Shown here: piece by piece, positions 54,160 through 64,000 of the stretch
Layout: each line of letters opens with the position of its first letter
How positions within the stretch are numbered: position 1 is the stretch's first letter
Assembly (NCBI GenBank): GCA_002269645.1
Contig: NIVC01001655.1
Span: 186,001 to 250,000, forward strand
DNA: 64,000 nucleotides
Source: Macrostomum lignano
Lineage: Eukaryota
Direction of reading: 5' to 3'
Notes under the pieces: generated by a model
What the model saw: the letters and a program-made list of their open reading frames with translations, nothing else
Databases searched by the model: none
What the model was told of the DNA's origin: nothing
Made by a program: the position numbers and the translations under genes

Positions 54160-55364
54160 TTAGCTGGATTTCTTGTCGTAACTTTATAAAGTCTTCTATA
54201 TGAGTAGCTAATCTGGTGAAATGAATTAAAAGAAAAACTTGATTTAGCTATTCAATTTCTTTTAGATTTTTAGATTGTATTTTAAACACACTGTGATTCT
54301 TGTGTGTATTGTCAGCGTTTTTTCTACTGTTTTAACGACTAACCGAAATTTACGCCCTTTCACACTTTTTTACGGTATGGAACGATGTGCCATGAACAAT
54401 TCCCCAAGAGTGAATAAGCGGGGACTTGTGAGGGTCCTAGCTATTGACTGTATTTAGTGTTTACTGTCGGTAGGTATAGTAAAGGTTTTTGTTTTATTCT
54501 TTAATATTGCATAGCTAGTCTTTCTTTTTTACTTCATAAAATTCTTGGCTTCATTTCATCCCATAGCAGTCTGCGAAGGTGTAACTTTGACAAGGACCTT
54601 GACAAGTCCAAAGATCCTTGGACTTTCATTGCTGTAGTCTTTTAACTATAGACCAAAAATTTTAACTGTCTGGAACTAAAGCCGCGGAATTTCACATAAT
54701 CGTGCCTAGTGGTGTGGCTCGGCGCTCTGATGTGCCAGCGGCTCGATTTCAAGTGCAGTCACATTAATATTGAAGCTAAATATTGGAATCTCGGCTTGGC
54801 TCTGCTCGGGAAATTAACGCCCTTGAGGGCCAACCTCAATGGCACAGTGAAGTGTACATGCCTAACGATAAAATAAAGTTAGGGCCGCTGTACACTCCTG
54901 TGCGTGTGCCTGTCCGGAATCGGCAGTAATCGCCAGTTGTGTTGTTGACAATGTCGCTTAAAGTACATGTGCGCCAGGGTGCATGCAGCCCCTGCTTGTC
55001 GGTACTGATTCTGCGTCTGTGCATGTTTTTTAGTATTTAGTTCCTTAAATATCCTTGTTTAGTTTGATTTGAATTATGAATCAATATTGTTGGCTTGATA
55101 GTTTGTGAAAATGATTTTTCATTGATATCTAAACGAGTACGTAAAACAAACAGCAGATCAGAGCTCATCACGTGGCTTCTGAAAGCATATCTTGCAAAAG
55201 TTGTCAACAAAGCAGAGAGAGACAAAAATTTTGGTCCCTAAAGTCAAACAAAATGTATACTTCACCATTAACATACTCAAGTGCTCATAAACTTGCTCTT
55301 CTTATTTTTCAGTGTGTTCAGAAAACAGCTTATGGGATTTTCTATTCAATTAGAACTGAACTAA

Positions 55365-56498
55365 ATGGATTTTAAATCGATATTGACACGACTTTTCAAC
55401 CTCGGATATGATGGATTAGAAGACAGCATCGAAGAAATTGGCGGTGAGATGACTGGAGACACCGGATTCCTCAGCTTCAGGCGCCGACTGAAGATTAAAA
55501 AGGGTGATGCGGTCAGAAAGGTTTTTCTCAAATTCAGTGACAAAAGCCGACCAGATCTTGGCCAACTGAAAGAGCTCAGTGAGCAGGTGAACGAACGAGA
55601 GTGCCTGTTCTACGGCACCTTCGCACCCTTGCTGGAGCGGACTGCCTCTCAGTTGGGCTTGGGAAGCATCGGCCTGCCTACCGTCCACCTGGAGATGGTG
55701 CTGCCTACAGGAACTCTCATTGTGATGGAGGATCTCGGCGAGGCTGGCTTCGAGCTGGCTCCAGCTAAAATGAACGTTGCTGAAGCTCGCTGCGTGTTGA
55801 GCAGTCTGGCTCGAGTTCAGGCGGCGTTCTGGCTGACGAAAGCTCGACTGGGCAGTCCGGCTTCGGGTCTGTTCGGTCCTCAATCGCCTCTGTCGGACGG
55901 TTTCAGATCGACTGATGCTGCTGGTGTTGGCTTTGATGGCATGTTGTCAGGCTGCTTTGAAAGATTTCGTAGCAATTTTCCAACGTACCTGAAGTGCGAG
56001 AAGCGTGTTGCTATCATTAATGCTTACCTTGACGACAGCTTTCTTGAAAAATCTCGGGAAGTCATGAACTCTAGCAAAAGTGAGCAAGAAACCATAGGTG
56101 TTACTCACTCTGAGCTGTGATACAACAATTTTATGATCAGCAGGGACTCCTGTGGGAATCCAGTCCAATGCTGTCTCATCGACTGGCAGTTCTTCGGCAT
56201 CGGCTGGCTGACCTACGACCTGGGCCCGCTCTGGATATCCAGCATTGACAATGCCATCGTCACGGAAGAGTTTCTGCCTTGCGTGGACTTTTATCATCAC
56301 GCTGTCCAGTCCGCTTACGAGGGCGCGATAGGGGAGAAGTTCCCAGTCTCCCAGGAGCAGATGAGGGAGCAGGCTGTGAAGTCGTTGGTCTACGGCGTCG
56401 CTTGGATTGTCCTTCAGGCGGATTTTCTCGGCGTGTTCGTGCGTATCGACAATATTCTGGCTAATGTTGCTGACCTAATTGCTTTCTTCAAGCTGTGA
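55365..56498 (+). pseudogene. EcKL copy 2 with premature TGA (Trp codon in paralogs) and catalytic Asp to Glu
   Basis: THSEL*YNNFM at 56103-56135 versus THCDLWYNNCM/THSDLWYNNCM in paralogs. The frame continues intact to TGA at 56498. Confidence 0.8.
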
Positions 56499-57237
56499 CG
56501 TAACACTGAGTTACGTTAGGACACGTGACTTTGTAAATAATTTTTATGATTACAATTTATCGCTCTTCAATTTGCAATTGTTCCAATCCGCTTTTAATCT
56601 TGTAGTTGCTACTTTAAAGTACTGATTTAATTTGATTTTGGTTGTCACTCTTTGTAGAATTTTGTCATGGTCTTAAATGCTTCATTTTTAATACGTTGCA
56701 TTGCGATATACATATGTCACGATTATTGACGTAGTGGCTATGGCTATGACCCTTAAAAGGGCCGTTTTGACGAGAGTTGCCGTAAGTCGTAGTCCCAAAA
56801 TGAATCGAAGTCAATTCTTATAAAGCGGATTGTGTAGCGGAGCACTTGGCGATAAAGGCAGGAAACTGCCGTGGTTGTTTATTGTCGAGATCAATATTAA
56901 AACTCGGTTACTAATGTCAATGCAAGCTTATAGCGTTCTGGGCACTGGCGGCTGCAACAATGGTTTTGAAAGCAATAGAATATGAAGTCAGTGGCAGACG
57001 AAGGATTCGATGGCGACGCAGTGTGATGAGCAATGGCGATGAGCACGGTGAAGGCAGTGAGTAGCAGTAGGTAGGCAGATGAGTAGTGGCGAGATTGGCG
57101 TTAGCCGTGGCAGCACACAGTGAAGTAGTGTGTAAACAGGCTGGCCCAGACAGAGGGGCCGTGGCGAGAGATAAGGAGGCTCGAGGCAGCCAGACAAGAG
57201 AAGGAAAACAAGACGCCAAGAGGAGAGACAAGCCTAA

Positions 57238-57272
57238 AAGCCTAGAAGCCTAGAAGCCTAGAAGCCTAGAAG
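57238..57272. repeat. (CCTAGAAG)n short repeat
   Basis: Directly visible, 4-5 units. Confidence 0.7.
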
Positions 57273-57840
57273 TGAGGAGGCCCTCAGACCGCCAGGCAGG
57301 GGTTGATAAAGGAACGCAGAGGGGGGTAGCGCGAAGCACGAGCGGTTTTCATTGGCTGGCTAAAGAACTTAAAATTATCGATCGTGCCAGTTTTCTACGG
57401 TCGCATGAAAGGATAGCAAAACGCGCAGTGAATTAGCAATAGGCACAGATTCGTTGGGCACTACTACAAGTAAACGTTAAAATAAACGATTGGAGAAATT
57501 GTAGAGGAGCTACAGTCCAACGGCCCCTCTCGGGACCACTTTAAACTGGCAACGTCACAACATACAATATGTAGAATCCTATTATTACTGTTATTATTAG
57601 TTGGTCGTTCGCATCGATTTATGCCTTTGTAGCGAAATTAGCTTGCCCGATGAAACGGTAAACAGGCCAAGAAGCGTCCCAGAGTCACTTGCGTAGCCAC
57701 ATAAAGGATCGTTACTGGTAAAATTGGTAAAATAGGAAAGAAGTGACTCTAGACGACTCTGGAACGACGAGAGGTCACGGTAAAAGTCGCCCAAAAATCG
57801 TTGAAACTTGAGGTGTTTTTATTGTCTTCGGCTCTGAAGC

Positions 57841-58553
57841 GTGTTGGCCTGGTGGTCAACACGCAGAAGACCGTCGTGCTATGCGTGCCGGACGACACCG
57901 AGGCTACAATCTTCTGCCGAGGCGCTGACGGACAGGCGAGTGAGCTTCCAAGATGTCAGCAGTTCGTCTACCTCGGCGGTCTGGTTCCCGACGTCCGCGA
58001 GGATCTGCGGCGTCGCCGTGGACTTGCTTGGGCTGCCTTTCGTTCTATAAGGTCAGTCCTGCAGTCCGAGGCCCTACCGGACCGCCAGAGGGCGGCGCTG
58101 TTCCAGGCGGTGATCGAGACCGTCCTGTTATACAACGCCGAGACCTGGACGCTGACAGACTCGCTCGAGGCTCAAGTCGACGCGGCGCACGCTGGCCTGC
58201 TGCGCGCCGCCTTCAAGATCGGCAACGAGCGAGTCACCAACACGGCGCTCTATCATCGCGCCGGCCTGGCCCGTCCTAGCGATCTGCTGCGCCGTCGGCA
58301 ACTCCAGCTAGCAGGCCACGTCATCCGCGCCGAGGCCTACTGTCCGGAGCCGGTGCAGGAGGTGCTGCTACTTACGTTGCAGGCACCCTACCGGCGGGGA
58401 CAGGCGAGGACTCGGCGCTACGTCGACTGTCTGCTGGCTGACGCCGGCGCCCCGAACTCTGCCGGCGGTGCGGCTTTTGTTCGCGCCCAAGCTTTGAAGC
58501 GCGCCATCTGACGCTGCTTTTGTGAACTGGCAGCGTACTCTGTTGTTGTTGTT
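57841..58553 (+). mobile_element. 5'-truncated RTE-clade LINE insertion, 713 bp
   Basis: The RT C-terminal ORF (GLVVNTQKT, FVYLGG, LLYNAETWTLT, QLAGHVIR) is open, ends in a (TGT)n tail, and is flanked by a 10-bp TSD GCTCTGAAGC (57831-57840, 58554-58563). Confidence 0.92.
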
Positions 58554-59286
58554 GCTCTGAAGCTAATCTGAGCAAACGCAAGTGACTCTGAGGCGCTTCT
58601 TCTAGATTGGCTCTGGGGCCGCAGAGTCGTATCTGAGGCGTGCTATCGAGTCGCTTTAGAATTACTGAGTTGCGTCTAAATTACATCCGCGTTACTTTAT
58701 AAATGAATTAGAATCGTTTTATTTAGAGTAGCACAACTCTATTCAGTCTACTTGAGTTAGTGGATAGTTAAGCACAAGCACAACGACTCTTGGATGACTT
58801 TCTTTCGACTCTTTTACAGTTTTATACAACTCCCATGATGCGCTCGTGACTCAAAAGTTACCCAAAAGTCGTTAGTCACTGTACGGTAACGGTACAATAA
58901 CGTTTTTAACGGGTTGATATTTTGCCAAATCATGCTCACTAGCTAAGACTCACGTAGAGAAGCTCTGAACGCCCTTTGACGACCGAAACCATAACCTTAG
59001 CTATAGGATTTTCGCAGCTCGAGTATACTTTAACTTCGACTGCAGATACATGCAGACACGACCAAGTCTTTGCCTGGCTGTTTGCCCTGTGTGGCTCGAA
59101 TCAATATCAAAGTTTTTCTTATCTCAGCCTATATTTGTATTTTTACTTGTGCTTCGAGCGCGGCACAGCCGATCTACTAGCTAGTAACAACGACAAGGGT
59201 TCAAACTTCGAAGTTTTTCGTTAAAAAACGAGCTAAAGCAGTGTACACGACAGACCAGAAAACTCTGCAATTCGAGAACTGACAAG

Positions 59287-60420
59287 ATGGACTTCAAACC
59301 TATTTTGCAGCGACTGTTCAACTTGGCACAGAATGAAACACACAGCAGTATTGAAGAAGTTGGCGAAGAGATGACTGGTGAAACGGGGTTCCTCAGCTTC
59401 AGGCGCAAGCTCAGGATCAAAAAAGGATACTCAACAATCAACATCTTTCTCAAGTTCAGCGACACCAGCCGGCAGGAGCTCGGAGAGTTGAAAGAATTCA
59501 GCGATCATTTTTGTCCGCGAGAGTGCCTGTTCTACGGCACCTTCGCACCCTTGCTGGAGCGGACTGCCTCTCAGCTGGGCTTGGGAAGCGTCGGCCTGCC
59601 CACCGTCCACCTGGAGATGGTGCTGCCCACAGGAACTCTCATTGTGATGGAGGATCTCGGCGAGGCTGGCTTCGAGCTGGCTCCAGCCACAATGAACGTT
59701 GCTGAAGCTCGCTGCGTGTTGAGCAGTCTGGCTCGAGTCCAGGCGGCGTTCTGGCTGACGAAAGCTCGACTGGGCAGTCCGGCTTCGGGTCTGTTCGGTC
59801 CGGAGTCGCCTTTTAGCGACCCTTTGAAATCCCTTACTGGCACTGCTGTCAACTTTGACGCCTTCCTCGAACAGGGCTTTGAAGAGTTCCGTCACAAGTT
59901 TGACAATTATCTAAAATGCGAGAAGCGAGCAGCCATTGTCAATGCCTACTTAGAGGATGGATTTCTCGAGAAAACTCGAAAGGTCTTGAAAGTAAATCAG
60001 GAGAAGAGCGAAGTCGTAGGCGTGATTCACTGTGACTTGTGGTACAATAACTGCATGATCAGCAGGGACTCCCGAGGTCAGCCAATTGAGTGTCGTCTCA
60101 TCGACTGGCAGTTCTTCGGCATCGGCTGGCTGACCTACGACCTGGGCCCGCTCTGGATATCCAGCATTGACAATGCCATCGTCACGCAAGAGTTCCTGCC
60201 TTGCGTGGACTTTTATCATCACGCTGTCCAGTCCGCGTACGAGAGCGCGATAGGGGAGAAGTTCCCAGTCTCCCAGGAGCAGATGAGGCAACAGGCTGTG
60301 CAGTCGTTGGTCTACGGCATCGGTTGGGTCATACTGTCTGCGGATACGCTGTGGGCGTTCCAGTCGGTTAGCAACGTGCTTGCCAACATAGCCGACGTGA
60401 TCGAACACTTCAAGCTCTGA
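59287..60420 (+). CDS. EcKL copy 3
   Basis: Intronless 377-aa ORF with IHCDLWYNNCM and LIDWQ. Confidence 0.87.
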   Translation: MDFKPILQRLFNLAQNETHSSIEEVGEEMTGETGFLSFRRKLRIKKGYSTINIFLKFSDTSRQELGELKEFSDHFCPRECLFYGTFAPLLERTASQLGLGSVGLPTVHLEMVLPTGTLIVMEDLGEAGFELAPATMNVAEARCVLSSLARVQAAFWLTKARLGSPASGLFGPESPFSDPLKSLTGTAVNFDAFLEQGFEEFRHKFDNYLKCEKRAAIVNAYLEDGFLEKTRKVLKVNQEKSEVVGVIHCDLWYNNCMISRDSRGQPIECRLIDWQFFGIGWLTYDLGPLWISSIDNAIVTQEFLPCVDFYHHAVQSAYESAIGEKFPVSQEQMRQQAVQSLVYGIGWVILSADTLWAFQSVSNVLANIADVIEHFKL

Positions 60421-61015
60421 TGTCTGCGTCATGTTAACCGGCTTCGATAAGTTAAAACTTTATTAAAATCTAAAATTAGATCTTTATTTTCTATGTTAGC
60501 TTAAGTTACAGTTAGAAGTTGTAATTGAATCACAAGCGATTCGAAATGAGCATGCGACAAAGTTTCCTATGACATTTTTCCATACGAGCGTACTTTTGAC
60601 TAAAAGAGCGCCAATTTTATTTATTCATTTACGCGTTTTAGGCTATCTATGAATAAAACAAATAAAAGAAAAGAAAAAACAAAGCCTCATGTTTTGATTT
60701 AATGAGCTTTTTCCAGTGGTAATTAAAACATTTTCTAAGTTGCTTCCAAATGTTTTATTGATTTTCACGACCAGATAATTTTGATTTTGTCAGTTAAGTT
60801 GATCATGGCTTTACTTTTTATGGGGCCAGGGGTTGTAGCTTATAGATGGTTAGAGCGTCGTGGGTAGAAGTAAATAACTAGAAGAGACGGGACTATGATA
60901 TTGCTCATGTAATTCTATTTTCTAGTTTTTCGTTTCTGCTGCTAAAAGAAGCAATAGGAGCTTCCTGCTCAAGCGCAGGGATGCTGACTAACGACTGAGC
61001 ACAGTCGATCGCGAT

Positions 61016-62167
61016 CTACAGACCGAAATGCTCAATCAAATCAGCGACATTGTTGAGTACATTGTCAATCCGACGAAGCACTGGAATCATCTCGGCGAAC
61101 GTGACCAGCCAGGTGATGCCCCAGTTGAGCGACTGGACAGCCTGCTGCCTTATCGTCTCCTTGGAGACCGGGAACTCTTGCTGCAGCCCCGTCTTGTACA
61201 GAGATCGAATGGTCTCGTCGTACAACTCCACACACGGCAGGTATTGCTCCACGGCGATGGCGTTGTCAATGCTGGATATCCAGAACGGCCCCAGGTCGAA
61301 GGTCAGCCGACCAATTCCGAACACCTGCCAGTCGATCAGGCGGCACTCGACAGGCTGTCCGCTGGCGTCTCTGCTGAGCATGCAGTTGTTGTACCACAGG
61401 TCCGAGTGCGTTATGCCCACTACTTCACGCTCCTCTTGGCCCGACTTGATCACCTGCTGAGCCTTCTTAAGATAGTCCCTATCCAGGTAGCCGTTGATGA
61501 TGGCTATTCGCTTGTCGCACGTCATGTACTTTGCGAATTCGCGGCGGAACAACTCGAAACCGGCCGGTAGGAGCTCGTCCATGCTCTTCTTGGTTGCGGA
61601 CAGGGCAAAGAAACCGTCGGACAGAGGCGACTGCGGTCCGAACAGACCCGAAGCCGGACTGCCCAGTCGAGCTTTCGTCAGCCAGAACGCCGCCTGAACT
61701 CGAGCCAGACTGCTAAGCACGCAGCGAGCTTCAGCAACGTTCATTGTGGCTGGAGCCAGCTCGAAGCCAGCCTCGCCGAGATCCTCCATCACAATGAGAG
61801 TTCCTGTAGGCAGCACCATCTCCAGGTGGACTGTGGGCAGGCCGATGCTTCCCAAGCCCAGCTGAGAGGCAGTCCGCTCCAGCAAGGGTGCGAAGGTGCC
61901 GTAGAACAAGCACTCTCTCGGACAGAAGCAGTCCATCAATTCCTTCAGCTCGCCCGAGTCCTGTCGGGTTGTGTCGCTGAACTTGAGAAACACATTGATG
62001 GTTGAGTCGCCCTTCTTAACCTTGAGCCGGCGCCGGTAGCTGAGGAACCCAGTTTCTCCCGTCATCTCCTCGCCCGCCGACGCGATGCACCGGTCGGCCT
62101 CGTCCTCAGTCAGGCTGAACAGTCGAGACAAAATCGCCCTAAAGTCCATTTGTCCGTTTGTTTCCAT
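61016..62167 (-). CDS. EcKL copy 4 (inverted)
   Basis: Intronless ORF (ATG at 62167 or 62149) with THSDLWYNNCM and LIDWQ. A TATA-like CTATATAG lies upstream at ~62212. Confidence 0.87.
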   Translation of the reverse strand: METNGQMDFRAILSRLFSLTEDEADRCIASAGEEMTGETGFLSYRRRLKVKKGDSTINVFLKFSDTTRQDSGELKELMDCFCPRECLFYGTFAPLLERTASQLGLGSIGLPTVHLEMVLPTGTLIVMEDLGEAGFELAPATMNVAEARCVLSSLARVQAAFWLTKARLGSPASGLFGPQSPLSDGFFALSATKKSMDELLPAGFELFRREFAKYMTCDKRIAIINGYLDRDYLKKAQQVIKSGQEEREVVGITHSDLWYNNCMLSRDASGQPVECRLIDWQVFGIGRLTFDLGPFWISSIDNAIAVEQYLPCVELYDETIRSLYKTGLQQEFPVSKETIRQQAVQSLNWGITWLVTFAEMIPVLRRIDNVLNNVADLIEHFGL

Positions 62168-63289
62168 TTTTTCCTTTCCTTTCACGCAGTTTTATTCACG
62201 GTAGAACTGCCTATATAGACAGCAGGGTTTTGCGAAGTGTTTGTACACTGAGTGTTTTTCTCTCCCAGGGTAGAGCGACCGAGTGCAGAGTTTACCCAGA
62301 AACTGTCTGTCACACCCCAGCTAAAAGTTTGGCCGTCATTTTGATAGCAAAGGGTAGAGAATAAATTGGGGTTGAGCGGCAGGAGAGTACATTCATTATT
62401 GAGAGTGCACTCGGATAAGATCTCTAACCCCCATACCAATGAACTGCGAGCTGCATGTACGAGTAAGATGTTTGTTGTTAAACGAGGGTCCTAGTGGGCT
62501 GGCCAAACCACTGAGAATAGTGGGGTGGGTCCTTAGAGTTTATGTGCTACTAACAGTAGCGCTATATGGACTTTCGTTCAATTCCTACAAAGACGGTCTA
62601 GTTTTTTATAATTTAACCATTATCTATCTCGTACTAGCTATCTCAACTACATTCAGCTATCTCAACTACATTTAGCTCCCTTAGTGGCTCCTCCCTTGAG
62701 GTGCAAATGTACCTCCATGGCCCGCTCCCACCATGACCCTTCCATCGGTTTTCGATTTCGCTATGACCTTCAATCTATTAAAATCTTTATTTCGCAAATT
62801 TTTAGTCAGCCCAAGTACACAGCAGCCTTCAGTCCAGGACTACCAAGTGCTGCTGTGTGGTTAAAAAATTGCGTGAACCGAAAAAGTTAAAAGTGAGTGC
62901 ATTGCAACACGAACACTCCAGCCTCTCAGCTACATCAGCTTTAGTGCTGCTGCTATATAGCGTTTTAGTGTTTCGCTTCTTTTCCTCGAAAGAAGGACGA
63001 GAAAATGTTGAACGAAGCGTTGCACTTCAGGGTTCGTCAGCTGTTGCTGCAATTAAGTTTTTAATATTCGGGGATTTCTCGAGCGTTCGAAACATTTTCC
63101 CCGGAGATGTCCGCAGGGGGAAGTTCGAAATGAATAAGCCGAGGAAAAGTTCAAGTGCTGGGGCAGAGGTCAGTTCTAACGAGGGGAAATGCTCACGACT
63201 CGACTTTGAATAATCGCGTCCTTATTGTAACAAAATCTGTTCTATTATTTGAGTTTACGAATGTTAAATATTTCTATATTAATTTCCCA

Positions 63290-64000
63290 AGATTTGCATA
63301 GAATTCTCTTGATCTGCATAGATTCTCTAGATCTGCAAAGGTTTCTATAGATCTGCATAAAAGTCTCTAGATCTGAATAGATTTCCCTAGATCTGCATGG
63401 GTTTCTATAGATCTGCATAGGTTTCTCTAGATCTGCATAGATTCTCTAGATCTGCGTAGGTTTCTCTAGATCTGCATAGATTCTCTAGATCTGCATAGAT
63501 TCTCAAGATCTGCATAGATTCTCTAGATCTGCATAGATTTCTCTAGATCTGCATAGATTCTCTAGATCTGTGTAGGTTTTTCTATGCATAGATTCTCTAG
63601 ATCTGTGTAGGTTTCTATGCATAGATTCTCTAGATCTGCATAGATTCTCAAGATCTGCATAGATTTCTCTAGATCTGCATAGATTTCTCTAGATCTGCAA
63701 AGGTTTCTATAGATCTGCAAAGGTTTCTATAGATCTGCATAGAAGTCTCTAGATCTGAATAGATTTCCCTAAATCTGCATGGGTTTCTATAGATCTACAT
63801 AGGTTTCTCTAGATCTGCATAGATTTCTCTAGATCTGCATAGATTCTCTAGATCTGTGTAGGTTTCTCTAGATCTGCATAGGTTTCTCTAGATCTGCATA
63901 GATTTCTCTAGATCTGCATAGATTCTCTAGATCTGCATAGATTTCTTTAGATCTGCAAAGGTTTCTATAGATCTGCATAGAAGTCTCTAGATCTGAATAG
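63290..64000. repeat. 20-21-bp minisatellite (CTAGATCTGCATAGATT(T)CT)
   Basis: Tandem array running off the window end. The unit contains the palindromes TCTAGA and AGATCT. Confidence 0.95.

Noticed and set aside
56118-56120. Selenocysteine or a TGA=Trp variant genetic code
   Set aside because: Paralogs have Trp (TGG), not Cys, at this site. Other genes here end normally in TGA/TAA/TAG and use TGG for Trp, and the adjacent catalytic Asp is also mutated.
60829-60865. tRNA-like 5' half (GGGGTTGTAGCTTATAGATGGTTAGAGCG)
   Set aside because: There is no T-arm/B-box or acceptor-stem partner. At best it is a truncated SINE head.

Overview
Eukaryotic nuclear DNA with GT-AG introns, GC-rich exons, very AT-rich introns packed with minisatellites, and many nested transposons. 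The style suggests a free-living flatworm such as Macrostomum, which is inference only. Host genes reconstructed by hand, left to right: the 3' end of an acidic repeat protein; Spindly (-, 3 coding exons); an IRAK/Pelle-type death-domain pseudokinase (+, 4 exons); a complete 9-exon CLCA-like metalloprotease/vWA membrane protein (-); an intronless GT-A glycosyltransferase of microbial-looking type with a nonsense codon in its signal anchor; a CTD small phosphatase (+, 5 exons); an intronless coiled-coil+BEN gene; and four intronless ecdysteroid-kinase-like (EcKL/CHK) paralogs, one with a premature stop. Mobile DNA includes decayed piggyBac, Crypton (tyrosine recombinase), RTE and other LINE relics, a CACTA/EnSpm-like non-autonomous element, and several MITEs with exact target-site duplications. 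The most notable signals are: a sharply bounded ~300-bp tract homogenised across all four EcKL genes, plus a second tract shared by the broken copy and its neighbour; a pseudokinase that has lost every catalytic motif; the HGT-like glycosyltransferase; and a CAAX box hidden in the -1 frame at the Spindly C-terminus. No CRISPR array, rRNA or intact tRNA was found.
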